From positions 45,818,001 to 45,882,000 of the forward strand of contig OZ024749.1 of the NCBI GenBank assembly GCA_964016885.1: a stretch of DNA of 64,000 nucleotides. Reading direction: 5' to 3'. Source of the DNA: Eledone cirrhosa (Eukaryota). Every line of letters starts with the position of its first letter. Within the stretch, counting starts at the first letter, position 1. Shown piece by piece: positions 12,516 through 27,445 of this stretch. The position numbers were made by a program, and so were the translations under genes. The notes beneath the pieces were generated by a model. It saw only the letters and a list, made by a program, of their open reading frames with translations. It ran no database searches and had not been told where the DNA came from.

Positions 12516-14956
12516 TCTTGTGATCTGAGATATGAATATAAAGAAATAGACAAAAACTTAGTCGAATAATTGTACACAATTTTTCTCTCACACACATAAC
12601 CATACACATGTTCAAATAGATACACCACGGTACTTTAACACACACAAGCCATCATTGATTCCCTCCCCTGAACAAACACGCGGAATTGATGCGTGCTGAT
12701 CACCTTCCCTTATATGTCCATTTGATCAGTGATGTTATGGAGCTAAACAACAAGCAAAAACAATACATTTACGTGCGCCTGTGGCTTACTGATGTAGTTT
12801 TACACTCTGGTGTGTTTGTCTCCTCAACTTTTGATTCACATGGATATACAGAATTGTTTTCCCAATTTCTATATGATTGTATGTGAATATATGCATGCAT
12901 ATTAATTCATATAAACATGCTTGTGAAATGAATACATGAATTGAAATTCCTTATAGATGTTTCATTGTATCTATGCAGTAATCGTTATTCCAGTATGATA
13001 TCATATTTTTTCATTGTTTTGTGTAATAACTTATACAAATTTCTCCGAAGTGTACCCCATCATTGATAGTGTTGGGAGCAACAAATTATTTGAGCTGGCT
13101 ATTAAAAGATTTCTACGCTTGCAAAAGCATTTACATTATACTATATTACATATTGCATTGGTATATTCAAAAAGAATGATACACTACAATTCAAATAATT
13201 TGAACTTTGTACAATGCCTGAGTCGAATTGAATGGTTAGCAGATAAGTGGATATACTTCACCTAGTATTTATAGCTTTTTTAATTCGAAAGAACTCACAT
13301 CACATACGATATATATCTCAGTGGTATATGAATTTAGATTGTGAACAGACACAATTAAGAATTGCTAGCTATTCCTCCTATTACAACACAATTACTGCCA
13401 GGTGACCTGCCATTTTGAAAATAAAAATATATATAAAGAGATAGGCAATAAAGCCACATTGCACAACATTTGAAATTCTATTAATTATTACAATATACCA
13501 TTAACGTCGCAAATAGGTTTGCATCGAAGTTATAAACGTTTATAACTGTTGATACGAGAGAATAAAAAAATATGTATTTCTAAATAGCAATTAAAATTTA
13601 GAAAATTTCACATCCTTAACTGACAAGAAAGAAAATTATGAGATTCAGTAAGAAAGATATCCAAACTTCGGAATATGTAGTAAAATAAATTATACTCTGG
13701 CATTCCTACCCATAAAATCTATGAATATATTCATAACCCATGTGTGTATATGACTGGTATATTTAATGTATTTACGTTATATTACATTTATAAACAAAAC
13801 AATTGAAAAGATGTTTCCGTGTTACTGACAATTAGAAGCAGTGACCTAATTTAAAATCAATTATCTTGCGTATTTTCATTTATTGTTCACAATAGTATAC
13901 ATTTTCTATAAATATTGTTTTACGACCATATTCATGGTTTTCACATGTCTATTCAATTTCATATGGATAATTAATATGAAATATAAAGTATAGCAATTGT
14001 TTCATTAATATTTTTAATTATTGTACGAGACAATGGGGTTCAGCTTGCAGGGTTTAAGTTTATATGAGGATTCTCTAACCACTTTTGTTATTCTTTCCCA
14101 GATAAATGTTGACCACGAGAAACTTATTATGTGCCTCAAGCAGAAATAACACACAAGTGTGTATGAAACAATGATTTGATTTTATGAGATAATAATCATT
14201 GTGAAGAGTAAACCTTCAATGGGTCAGAACTATGAGCGGGTTTTGTCTAATATTTGTAGACGTTTGTTTCTTAAAGTACACCATGAGAAGGCATAAATGT
14301 CAAAACAATCCACTTTATACAATCTAAGTATTATGCGACCTACAGCACATTACAATAAAAAATCAATAATTCCAATAATTAGTAAAATTCTGTTATGCCT
14401 GATAATCTGGTAACTTTTTCGCCTTTTTGTTTTCCAAAAATCTGTTTTATGACATGCAATTTATTAATGTGTTTTTAAAATAATAATAGACGCCGAACAA
14501 TTGAGCCAATCATGTCCGCTTCATTTTTAAATAACGTAATAGGAAGAGAAATGTAGTGTCACTTACCGTTCTCAGGAACGCTGATATTACTGGAAACCTG
14601 GCCCGAATGTTACTAATAGTTGAATTTATAATTAAAATTAAACTTATGTCATTAAAATTAAAATGATGTGATTACCATTATATAGTATTTGTAAGTGAGT
14701 TGATTATTAATATTATTAAAACAACAAATATTGCATCAATGTTAATTTATAATTGTTTGAGTCATTAAACAGTCTCAGCGTAACGTTGGATAGAATAATT
14801 CTGCAGAATTTGTTCCGGCTCTCTGCATTCAGATTTCAAATCACACCGCGCTCACCTTTATCTTCCATTCTTCCCAGCTCCATTTGAAAACACCGAGAAA
14901 ATAATTTCGTCCTCGTATTCTTTAGTTTCTTACTATAATTTTCTGTCCTTCATTTT

Positions 14957-14995
14957 ACCTTCTGACGAAGGACTAATATCCGAAAAGTTAAGACA
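14957..14995 (+). ncRNA. Degenerate minimal hammerhead-like motif
   Basis: CTGACGA a gga ctaata tcc GAAA ag TTA. Stem II is present; stems I and III are poor. Confidence 0.4.
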
Positions 14996-15017
14996 CTTGT
15001 CCTATTGCATTATTTTT

Positions 15018-15193
15018 GATTGGAAGTATCGGTACAGGGTCTGACGCCATGCTTTGCAGCAAACAGTTACGGCCCATTATGGTATGAGTTCAAATCCCGC
15101 CGAGGTTAACTTTGCCTTAAGGTGTCGATAAAATAAAGTACCAGTAATACACTTGGATAATTGCTGGCCTTGTGCAAAAAGTAAAAACAATTA
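15018..15193 (+). mobile_element. tRNA-derived SINE (main family), small internal deletion
   Basis: gattggaagtatcggta...gagttcaaatcccgccgagg...tcgataaaataaagtaccag...ccttgtgcaaaaagtaaaaacaatt. Confidence 0.9.
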
Positions 15194-15296
15194 TTTTATA
15201 GTATTGCGTTCTCGTGTTGATTTCCTTGCTGAAAACTTACTATATACGCACATTCACCACATACACTCATATATACATACATAATACACACACAAG

Positions 15297-15386
<90 letters not shown>

Positions 15387-17785
15387 CTATAACCATACAG
15401 GTAGATACGCACGCTTATATACATATAGATGATGATGATGATAATGATGATGATGATGATGATGATGATCCAGAGATAGATTAGATAGAGAAAACGTAAG
15501 AGAGAGAAAAGACAAATAGTGTTAGGTAACATACAAGGAAAACAAACCCTCAACATATATTATCGACACTTACACAGTTTTCATTATTGCTTGTCATTGT
15601 TAATTACTTTACAAGTTCATGGAACTTTTTTTTTTCTGAAATAACATATTGTTTTTCTTGATGTCAACATTTCATCAGGTTTTTAGTTGTTTTTGTCATT
15701 GTTTCAACAACATCACAGCCGATCCTCCCCACGCGCCACATTGTCTGCTAGGTCACAGTTTGATAAAACGACGATTAAACGTTTAAAGTTAACATGGAGT
15801 ATTAATTAAGCTATATTGATTACCTATGGACATCTTACATATTTGCTTTGTTGAAGTACATCTTAAGTAGTATTTGCTTTAGTTCTGTCTGTGTATGAGT
15901 GTGTGTGTGTGTGTGGGGGGGGGGGGGGGTATTTGCGTATGTATGTATGTGTGTTTATTTGTGAGTTTTTCCTCTCTCTGAATCTAACTCACTTGTTCGC
16001 CCTCTCTTTCTCTCTCTTTCCCACTCTTTCTCACTCTTTCTCTCTGTCTTTCTCTCACTCTTTCTATATCCATGTCTGACTGCCAGACACAGTGACTGAT
16101 GTTTTGTTTTATTTATATGTTTGAGACTTCATTAATCAATGGGTATTAATGTTTCAACAGGACCGAATGACGGAATGAGTGAGGATTATTCTTAATTCCT
16201 GATAACATGGTCTTCTGTGTATTAAGTATTAAAGCTTCAGTTTTTTTTTTCTCTTTTACTTTGTCAAGATATTGCTTTATTTAATGTGCAGTGGAGCTGG
16301 GATGTATTTGAAAAACAAGGTTTTATCACATGTTAAACGCTATTAAACACGGTGTAATTTATTGGAGTCCACGTTTAAGACAGTGCTCACTTTGCAGAAT
16401 TGACTGGAATAGAATACGATTCGATTTCACATTATCAGCCCATTAGAAGTATTTACTTCATTTCCTCTAGTAGAACTTAATGGTTATTTAATGAATATAC
16501 AAACATATTTAAACACTATGTTTACATATATAATTCATTTGTAAAAAAAGTATATCTATTGTTTATATGTCTCCAAGTATCCTATCACTTGCTCAGCGCA
16601 TCTTTGGAGAGTATGGTCAATGAATACTAATTACTCAGCATTTAAATGACTATATCTCTCTGACATGATGGTCTTATACTATATTTCATGTTTTTCTGAG
16701 TTAGAGACTTGAATGCATCAGCTCTTATAAAAGGGTATCTTTCATATTACGGTGGAAGTATTGGTATCTATTTTGATGGCATGCTTCTTTTATGTTTCAT
16801 ATAGGACACTATTGTTGTTAAACGTTGAGAGTGAAAGTTTGCGCAACCCCCACCACTTCTAAAAAGGGTTATTTCTAAACATTCTACCGAGGTGAATAGA
16901 TATGCCACGTGAGGCACTTTTCCAGCCTAAATAAAACAAACATACCAACTATTCGTATTTGTGATTTCTGTAGTTTCTCCTCTTCTTTCTCAAATTTCCT
17001 CCGATTTTGTGGAGCACAATAAATCATGTTATGACTCTGTACGTTATATTATGCTCATACTATCTTACCAGACCCGCTGAAGGTCTTGCATTGGAAGGTG
17101 AATTAGGAGAGATTTGATATGGATGGGATGATTCAATAGGATCTCGGTTTAAGTGGATTGAAAATCACGTAAGCATACTTAAAACTAAATTGAACAAAAC
17201 ACTAATTTGCGTTAACAGAAAAAAACTTTTAAAAATACCAAGAAAAGCCCTCAAATTCCAATTGACAAAATATAAAGATATAGGCAAGTGCAGCGTAATT
17301 CGGAAAGGTTTCTGTCTGATTAGAAGACGTCAGGAAACAACAGATACTAAGCTACAAGCGTTTAGTTATGGGCAGTTAATTAGTTAACTAATTAGATAAT
17401 TTCAGATAATACGATTAGAAAATTTGGAAAAAAATATGAATAATACTTGGTGAGAGAAATAAAGAAAGAACTAATATTTATAGTAAACGAGTATAAATAT
17501 ATATGTTCATTGTTGTTGAAAGAGAGACTCCACTAAACATAGTTAAATGGGATTCCTCAGTCTACGCTGAGACCACAAATTCCACAGTACTTGCCAAAGT
17601 ATTGTCGAAAGGGTCACTATATAAATACAAAAAAGCATCTTTAAGATTTCGTCTAAAGTGGTCTCAATTTTACTCTTGTAGCCCCACCCCCTACTTGTTC
17701 TTCATTTGTATATATTCTTCATCTATTTCCTTCGTTTATTCAATCTCCATGACTACTACTACTACTATTACTTCTTCTTCTTCTT

Positions 17786-17817
<32 letters not shown>

Positions 17818-18032
17818 GTTTCTGTTTTTGTTATTTTAATTTCGTCCATCCTTTCATTATTATATTCGTACTGTTTTGCTTCATGTACTCATACATGTCG
17901 ATATTTTATAATACATACAGTCAAACTTACACATATACACATTCACAAACACACACATATATATATATATATGTATATATATACATATACATTTATACAT
18001 ATATATGTATGTATATAAATACATGTAATCTT

Positions 18033-18123
<91 letters not shown>

Positions 18124-18374
18124 ACATAGGTACACATACTTACAAACAGCCCGACATACATACAACATACATTGTCACAGACAAACGCCCGTACATAAGG
18201 ACACGTATATAGCCCTCAGTTATAATTTCTTATATTGAGCAAATAATTGTGAAGGGACTTTGACCTTTTGAGGTCACACACAGAGAACGACAATAAACGA
18301 AATTAGAAAGTAAATCTATTATAACTGCCAATAAAATCTGATTGTTTGCTGTGAAACCCTTTGTGTATTTTCAA

Positions 18375-18891
18375 CATACTTATTGTTGCTGTTGTTGTAT
18401 TGTTAGTTGTTGTAGAGCTTATATTAGCTGTCATCTTTGTAATCTTATTAATTGTTGCTTTTGTTGTTGTAATCTTACTGTATATATATGGCTGCCTTTG
18501 TTTGTTGTTGTCGTTGTTGTTGTTGTCGTCTTGGTTTTTGGTTGTCACTGCGGTTATTTTTATTAGTTGTTTTAGTTGTTGTAATCTTACTGTATATATG
18601 GCTGCCTTTGTTTGTTGTTGTTGTTCTTGTTGTTGTTGTCTTGGTTCTGGGTTGTCATTGCGGTTATTTTTGTATTAGTTGTTTTAGTTGTTGTTGTTGT
18701 TGTTATCTCAGGATATGTGGCTGTCTTTGTTCGCTGTTGTGGTTGTTGTTGTCTTGGTTCTTGGTTGTCACCGCGGTTATTTTTTGTTTTAGTTGTTGTT
18801 GCTAGTGTTGTAGTTATCTCAGGGTATGTGACTATCTTTGTTTGTTGTTGTGGTTGTTGTTGTCGTCTTGGATGCCACTGCAGCTATTTTT

Positions 18892-18939
<48 letters not shown>

Positions 18940-18965
18940 TTTGTTGTTGCTGCTGCTGCTGCTGC

Positions 18966-19005
<40 letters not shown>

Positions 19006-19150
19006 GCTGTTGTTGTGCTCTCTGTGGTTCTTGAGGTTTTTACTTATTTTCTTCTTGGCAGAATTGTTGTTCTTGTTTTAAACCTTAATCTTTTTTTCTT
19101 GTTGTTATTGCTGTTGTTGTTGTTGTTGTTATTGCTGTTATTGTTGTTGT
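18375..19150. repeat. (GTT)n-rich low-complexity region with ~4 copies of a ~115-120-bp tandem unit (18466-18890)
   Basis: The unit gttgtaatcttactgtatatatggctgcctttgtttgttg...gtcttgg...ggttgtcactgcggttattttt recurs. Followed by (AGT)n(GCT)n(GTT)n. Confidence 0.85.
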
Positions 19151-19740
19151 CACTTTTTCCTTCATATAACTGATATTTTGGGGTATACTTTATTATTCCC
19201 TTTATTAGTTTTAGGCATTTGGCTGAGACCATGCTGGGGCATCCTATCCTTTTAGTTTTGGCTATACATTTTTATATTAGACTTGTTTTTTTTAGTTGAT
19301 TTTGTAGTTGCTATTGTTGTTTTTGTTGTAAGTTCCCATTTATTACTAATCCTATTGTTGTTGTGGTTGTTGCCACAGGAGCTTAGCATTGCCCTTGCTA
19401 TTGTCACTGTTTTAATTTTAATCATATTTTTGTTATTGTTGTTTTCCTACTACTTATTATTGAGGTTACTGCTGTTAGTCGTCGTTGAAGTAATAAATGT
19501 TGTTGTAGTACTTGTTGTATATTTTTTTCCTGTTGTACCTCTCGTTGTTGTGGTTGTCATTGTGTTACAGGCATTTCTTCAGATATTGCTATTATTGTTA
19601 CTGTTGTTGTTTTCAACATTGGTATTAATTTTGTTGTTGTTGTTGTTGTGAATGCTGTGAATGTCTTTACCTCCTCACTGTGGTTACTATTGTTTACGAC
19701 AAGCAATGCTTTAGTTATCGAGGCTAATTTTGTTATGAAC

Positions 19741-19790
19741 TAGCTGTTGAAACAGCAAGAGCTCAACCGTCGGGTCCCGACCGACTATTT
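19741..19790 (+). mobile_element. Diverged family E terminus abutting (TA)n
   Basis: tagctgttgaaacagcaagagctcaaccgtcgggtcc matches tagccgtcgaaacggcttgagctcagccgtcggggtcc at 31858-31895. Confidence 0.65.
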
Positions 19791-19794
19791 ATAA

Positions 19795-19857
<63 letters not shown>

Positions 19858-20445
19858 GCACATGTGTGTATTTTGGTGTATTCTATGGCCATGAGTGTTG
19901 AAATCTTTATGGATATTCTGATTAGCATATTGTGGCCATTTATTCAAGACCTAACATATTTTATGCTAAACATCATTACCTACTCTTAAAATCATCAACA
20001 CGAATGGCACTTTTTTTTTAATCGTAAACTACGAGGAATATTGGGGTAGAGATGTTTATATTGTCGTCTGAAATTGCAAGTTGACTTCCCGTTCTAATGG
20101 ATTATATCTATGATGCTTTTGGATATGATAAATTAAGACATTCGTCACCCACCAGTAGTTACAATTTTGTCTCAACTGTACAATGCGTCAAGAAGTCATT
20201 TATCACCTCATACATGTAGATGAACATAGGTGGACATACGTGTGGAGATATGTCTTTAGCTATTGTGTATCAGGGTACTAGTTATTCTCACTATCTTCTT
20301 GCCACTTTATGGGAAATATTAATAGTTGTTGGTGTTGGTGTTGAGGTGACTATCTGGTGTGAATATTGTGGTCACAGTTTACGGCAATGTATATGTAAAT
20401 TCGTAGAGTTATAGATGGTGTATGTACGTAAGCGTATATATTTAC

Positions 20446-20490
<45 letters not shown>

Positions 20491-20493
20491 TGT

Positions 20494-20558
<65 letters not shown>

Positions 20559-20685
20559 TGTGTGTGTCTGTGTATGCAAATATCTATGTTAGTGTTCATC
20601 TGTTGAATTATATTTTAGTACCTTCATTGTGTGGACACAATGGTTAATCTGAGGAGTGAATTGTTATGGGGAATAGCGTAGGGTA

Positions 20686-20716
<31 letters not shown>

Positions 20717-21250
20717 AAGAAGAAGAAGAAGAAGAAGAAGAAGAACAAGAAGACACTACCCACTAACAAAACGTAGAATAAGACACAATACACAAAATAA
20801 ATAAGGATAGAATTTAAATTGGCAAGTCCCTATTTTAAAGGGCAACTTGAAATTGTTGGACGTGTTTTTGTTGTTGTTGCTGATCTTGTAGTTACTTTTG
20901 TTATTGTTGTCGTTCTTGTTCTTCTTGTTGTTGTTCTTGTTGTTGTTCATCTTTTTCTTCTTCCTTTTTTTATTTTTGTTTTTAGTCTTCTTCCTCTTCT
21001 TGTTCTTCTAATCACCACCACCACGTCCTTGTTACAATTATTATCATTTTTATTATTAAAATTTATATTATTAGTGTAGTTAGTAGTATTAGTAGTAATA
21101 CTATTAGTAATATTAGTAACATAATCAACATCAGCCACAGCACCACCGCCCTTATTTCTAGTAACTATTTCTAGGTTAGTTTCGACACAAAGGGCTTGGC
21201 AAAAAATATAGGAAGTATGTATAAATATTTCCATGAAGTACAATGAGAAT

Positions 21251-21423
21251 AATTGTTTCTACATTTGGCACAAAGCCAGCAATAATCCCAGTGCATTACT
21301 GGTACTTTATTTTATCAGCTTTATTAGGGATCAAAGGGAAAGTTAACCTCGGTGGGATTTGAAGTGAGACCGTAAAGGGCTGTAGCTCTGTGCTGCAAAG
21401 CATAGCGTCCGACATTCTACCGA
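21251..21423 (-). mobile_element. tRNA-derived SINE (main family)
   Basis: Colinear with 7046-7223. Confidence 0.9.
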
Positions 21424-21540
21424 AACAAACGATAAACTAACAGGCTTTCAGCTGAAAATACTAGAGTGTAGATATTTTGTGTATTCTCTACTAATATATT
21501 CAGTAAATTATGTAACAGTATGTATATATATATATATATA

Positions 21541-21760
21541 AAATAAAGTTAAATAAAACGTCAAATGTTTAAAATTTAGCTTCGTTTATTACTGCTATAT
21601 ATATTTCAATGACAGCCATCTTTGGCTGTGACCTCTTCAGGCAGTCCGAATTAGTGTGGTATAGACAAGTACATATGTTGTTGAGGTGTATAATTTTGTC
21701 AATACTCTGATATGCCCAGTTCTTGGTTGGGTTGTTATTTCACTGAGTAACTGGAATCTT
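21541..21760 (-). mobile_element. Family A element retaining the ribozyme
   Basis: 21541-21595 matches the palindrome arm at 990-1043 with about 3 differences. Bounded by (TA)n on both sides. Confidence 0.8.
21591..21645 (-). ncRNA. Type I hammerhead ribozyme, canonical core
   Basis: actgc CTGAAGA [ggtcacagcc aaagat ggctgtcatt] GAAA tatata TA | gcagt, immediately followed by AATAAA and ~45 nt to (TA)n. Confidence 0.8.
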
Positions 21761-21771
21761 ATATATATATC

Positions 21772-21846
<75 letters not shown>

Positions 21847-22076
21847 GAGAGAAAGAGAGAGATAGAGAGAGTGAGAGAGATTGAGAGAGAGAGAGAGAGA
21901 ACATATTTGGAGAAAACGAGAATTAAACTCGAACTATTTTAATCTCTATCCCATCTTCTGTGGTTCACCCTCGATTTCTCTATCGCTCGTATTCTCAATG
22001 TGTATATTTACATATTTGAATGTACACGCCCACACCTACACTCATACGCAACCACCCACGCACACACACACACACA

Positions 22077-22135
<59 letters not shown>

Positions 22136-22252
22136 GTGTGTATGGGTATGCATATATATATGTAAAGTTGTGTGTGTGCTCGTGCGTGTTCATGCGTGCG
22201 TGTATGCATAAACACACACAGAATTTGTATTTATATATTTATATATATACAA

Positions 22253-22300
<48 letters not shown>

Positions 22301-22405
22301 TATACAAATATATATATATATACAAACACACACAACACACACATACACATATAAAGTATGTATATATATATAACGGTATGTATATATAAATATATGTATA
22401 TACAA

Positions 22406-22464
<59 letters not shown>

Positions 22465-23234
22465 TAAATAAAAAGTATAGAAATTGTTGTAGCGAGAAGC
22501 TATATATATATATATGTATTATGTATGTATACATGTGTGCGTATGTATATTATGCCTTACGAAGCAGCTGCTAACCAACCTATTTGCATTTGAATTAACT
22601 CGGCACGGAGGACAGCCAACAAGCGTAGGTCTTAACAAAGAATTAAAGATGAGCGACGTAAAATAGAGAGAAAATAAAAGATAAATGATTTTATTCGAAT
22701 CTATTTTTTATCTTCTCTTAGTTTAACGGGATTCTATTCGTTGAGCTCATAGCAAGTTTAGGTGGGTCTAGAGATATAAATGATGTATTTCTGGGGGATG
22801 CGTGGAGAAATAACCTGTTTGAAAGTTAAGTTTCGATAAAGGATGTTTATATTAAAGTTTGATACTTAACGACAAACTAGCGACAACTAAAAACGTAGCA
22901 TTTTCATGCATAAGAAAATAAGAATATTAATTATTATAAAAAATGTCATTTATTAGCCACAATGATGGAAAAATTGGGGACAATAGAAGAACAAAACAAA
23001 AGAGAGTGTTGTGTACATCCAGTAAAGGAAAGACAATGTCATTGTAAAAAAAAAATAAAGATAGTGTAAATTTTAAATGTTAATGAACATTTCAATGAAC
23101 ATTTCAACCTAGGTTGAAATGAATATTTCAACCTAGTATTAAATTGATACAGAAAACATGAAAAATAACTAAATGAAGTTTAATAAACAATATTCGTATA
23201 TATATTATTGATATATAATTAATATTATTATTAG

Positions 23235-23945
23235 AACGGGATATTAGCAGAGTTTGTACAAATGTGTGTTGCTTTTGTTGTGTCTCTTTAGGTTTTGACT
23301 GCAAGTTCCACAGATGTTGACATTGCTTTCCATCCTTTAGGGGTCATTAAAATAAAGTACCAATAACATACTGGGGTCGATTTAATCGACTTTACCCTTC
23401 TTTGAACTTGCTGTCCTTGTACCAAACATAATCAATTAGTATTATTTTTTGGATTGGCGAGTTAACTTTGCCTTTCATCCTTATGGGGTCGATAAAATAA
23501 AGTACAAGGTAATTACACTGGGTAATTGTTGGCCTTGTGTCAAAAGTAGAAACAATTATTATTTGGATTGGCAGTATCGGTAGAGTGTCGGACGCCATGC
23601 TTTGCAGCAAAGAGTTACTGCCCTTTACGAAGAGAGTTCAAATCCTGCCAAGGTTAACTTCGCCTTTCATGCTTATGGGGTCGATACGATATAGTACCCT
23701 GGAATAATTGCTGGCCTTGTGCCAACAGTAGAAACAATTATTATTTGCTGATTCGGTAGAGCATTGGACACCATGCTTTGTGGCATTGGGTTACGGCTCT
23801 TTACGGACTGATTTCAAATCCATCCGATGTTGGTTTTGCCTTTCCTCCTTACGAGGTCGATAAAATAAAGCACCAGTAATGTAATGGTGTCGATATTGTA
23901 GGCTTCTCCTCCCCCAGATTGCATGCCTTGTGCCTAGAATAATGA
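23235..23945 (+). mobile_element. Tandem cluster of four SINE copies (approx. 23235-23440, 23451-23560, 23565-23741, 23746-23945)
   Basis: The ttcatcctt..ggggtc.at.aaataaagtac motif occurs four times in the same orientation. Copy 2 has its head fused directly to the body. Confidence 0.85.
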
Positions 23946-24231
23946 TATAGGGGCCACCGAATATTCAACGACTCGTAATCTAGTTATCAGTCATCCATTT
24001 TGTTTCTTTTGTTACAGACCTTCTCGGGAGGATTTGTTCTTTAAGAAAAAAAGAAGGCCTGGAAATGAATAAGATGAATATCAAATAAAAATAAAAATAA
24101 AAGAAAGGGAAATAATGACGAAAGCAGTGATGCAGATATATTGTGAATTGAAGAATTATCCAGAACGAGAAAATGATATACTAAGACAGTTTCTGACTTG
24201 ATTTCTATATACAAACAAAAAGGCAACGTTC

Positions 24232-24318
<87 letters not shown>

Positions 24319-25822
24319 GTGAATGTCTCAAATAGAAACACTAATAAAAATGAGAAATAAAAAAAAGTTAACGCCATGAAATAAAGGCAAACATTGATGG
24401 AACGAACACTCAGAAGCTGAACAGGAAGGCATGAAAATATAAGAAAAAATATAAAGGAAAAGTGAATGGTTGGTGAAGATTCTTTGAATAACAATACTGC
24501 GGAATCTTATAAACTAACATTACATGAAGAAGCGAAGAAGAACAATTGATCACTGTTCAATAGTCCGAAGTAATAACTTTCAAAGTCCAGAAGTGTCATA
24601 AAAAACGTCTAAGAAGGGACAATAGGCAAACTAAGACACAAATATACTGGCAAATAAAATATAATACACACACACGTACATACATACACACATACACACA
24701 AACACACACACACCAACAAACACACACACACATACACCGATATACACACATACGCATACACACACACACACACAATATCAATAAGAAACTGGAAGCAAAA
24801 GAATACAAGTAAATACTTAAATGTGTGAATATATAAATAAATGAATAAATAAATATATAAACCTAAAAATCTTTATTATTGAATCAGTATGGCCAATATT
24901 ACTGCTCAGTGTAAATTGAAGTTTATCAACGTTAATACAAACAGAGAAATAGTTGTTACAATTCATAGTGACGTGGGGGTAAATGTTATTATCTCCTGAA
25001 CAAAAACAAATTGTTTTTATTCTTGTTTGCTTACATCTTGGTCCTGATTGAAAGAGACCAATGTTTAATGATGTTTCATGCGTGGTCGTCATGTAAGCAT
25101 TTATGGACATGGTGTAACTAGGATTACAGTACCCAATGCATCACTAAAGATAGATCCTAATATAAAGTTACCCTCGTGTGATGTTTTTTTCTCGGATTAT
25201 ATGCTATAATATTTGTGAACCGAAATACGTATGCATGGAAATTTGGTCAGTTTAAGTGCAAATCTATATGAAAACGACATGAACATGAATAATAACATGC
25301 TTATATACACACAATTAAACATATAATTATAAAGAAATAGAAATATAATTAGAAAACAATGATTTATAGATATATTTGTTGTTATGTATGAATTTACATG
25401 TATATAAGTACATGTTTGTGAGTTTGAAAGCGGAGCCCCTGAATGCGAGAACCTTTGTACCTGTAGTCGTTATCTCTCTGTTTATCTATGAATCATTATA
25501 GCTGACTGGGTCTCTGTCATTTTATCTATCTAACTATCTATCAATCTATATGTCTATATTTGTAACTGGGTATACGGGATCAGTTTGAAAATAAAGCGTT
25601 TTTTTTCTATGGCAAAACGCACCTCCTGACACAAATCCAACTCACGAACATATGATCATTTATCTAGTATTGAAAACGCCAAGGTACGCATCTCCAGTCA
25701 TCCATTCATGAGGGCATTAGACGTAGATATAGGAGATAATCTTCAGAGGTAGGATTAGATTTAACAGATAATCTTGAGAATGTTTGTGTTTATCCATGTT
25801 CACAGGAAAATGTAGATTAAAA

Positions 25823-26227
25823 GAATTGTTTTTACTTTTGGCACAAGGCCAGCATTACTGGTACTTTATTATATCCAGTGCATTACTGGTACTTTATTTT
25901 ATCGACCCCGTAAGCATGAAAGGCAAAGTTAACCTCGACAGGATTAGAACACAGAATGGAAAGGGACGTAACTCTATGCGTGAAAGCATGGCGTCCGACA
26001 TTCTACTGATACTGCCAATGCAATGTAGATAAAATAATTGTTTCTACTTTTGGCACAAGGCCAGCAAATTCACCAGTGTATTACTGGTACTTTATTTTAT
26101 CGACCCCGTAAGGATGAATGGCAAAGTTAACCTCGGCGGGATTTGAACTCAGAATTGTAAGGGCCGGGCCGTAACTCTATGCGTCAAAGCATGGCGTCCG
26201 ACCCTCTACCGATACTGCCAATCCACC
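25823..26227 (-). mobile_element. Two tandem main-family SINEs (25823-26019, 26035-26227)
   Basis: Each is colinear with 7046-7223. They are separated and flanked by aatgtagat.aaa.aa. Confidence 0.9.
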
Positions 26228-26495
26228 GCAATGTAGATCAAATAATGAAACAAAAGTGTTATTTTTCTTACAGACTGTGGGCGGAAAGAGATCAGTTTGC
26301 AATGTACGGGTATAATGTCTTCGCCACATTTCTCAGCAAGATAATCTTCCATATATCGGTATTTATTCGAGAGGGATGTATTAGAATGTATCTTATAACT
26401 ATATTCCGTGTAATGTGATTACGACATATCAATACATGTATAGACACACATCACGTACACATGCACCAAAAAAGTCACATACTCATATATATATA

Positions 26496-26580
<85 letters not shown>

Positions 26581-26698
26581 GTATATCATATAGTAATGTT
26601 AATTTCCATCTATCTTTACCACCTGACAAATGAATACACACAAGCACACACTAACGCAAGCACACGTCTATCAGTACATGTGAGTTTATGTATGCATG

Positions 26699-26732
<34 letters not shown>

Positions 26733-26738
26733 TCTATA

Positions 26739-26786
<48 letters not shown>

Positions 26787-26854
26787 TGTGTGTGTGTGTG
26801 TGTGTGTGTACATGCATATACATATATACATATACACCTATATATATATATTTA

Positions 26855-26912
<58 letters not shown>

Positions 26913-26934
26913 CATATAAATATATTCATATATA

Positions 26935-27340
26935 TGGACATTCACTTATAGGCATTAGTGTATAAATTTATAACCAAGATAGAATAAAGAAAGCGAAGAG
27001 AGAGTCATTAAGTATTTAATATGCAATATCTTTATTCAGAAGCAGCCTGGGAAACTGGTATGATACAGAACGTGAAATGAAGCATGCCACTCATTTTGAG
27101 GCCCTCCAATTGAAACATTAAAGTCATCTAATATGGCAGATTAAATTTTTTGAAAGGTTTATTTTCAAAGTAAGCCAAAAAGAAATTAATAATAACGATA
27201 TATGCATACAGAATTGCCGCATAAAATCTTACGCTTCGTTTGCTGTCGGGGAAAAATTCTTTTTCAAAATAAGTGAAAGTTAACGACCGAACTCTCAGCA
27301 AAAAGAAATCTGTCAAGGGAAGGGGAGGGTTGGTACACCA
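26935..27340 (-). pseudogene. Decayed Penelope-like reverse transcriptase fragment between TA-rich tracts
   Basis: Minus strand: [11 protein letters not shown]...[11 protein letters not shown], then after a frameshift ILDDF...FPRL...LYTNAYK. Order and spacing resemble PLE RT 'yF.F..efy...ANlfm..fE...RYiDD...hp.l.f...l.T.vYrK'. Confidence 0.5.
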
Positions 27341-27390
27341 ATATGTATATATATATATATATATATTTATATGTATATATATATATATAT

Positions 27391-27445
<55 letters not shown>

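Noticed and set aside
14560-14620. Minus-strand GTAAGT donor preceded by a frame reading NISVPEN (cadherin-like)
   Set aside because: Only a few codons, an in-frame stop just upstream, a weak acceptor and no partner exons.
25823-26246. Repeat-spacer appearance suggestive of a CRISPR array
   Set aside because: The 'spacers' are ~200-bp SINE copies in a eukaryotic context with no cas genes.
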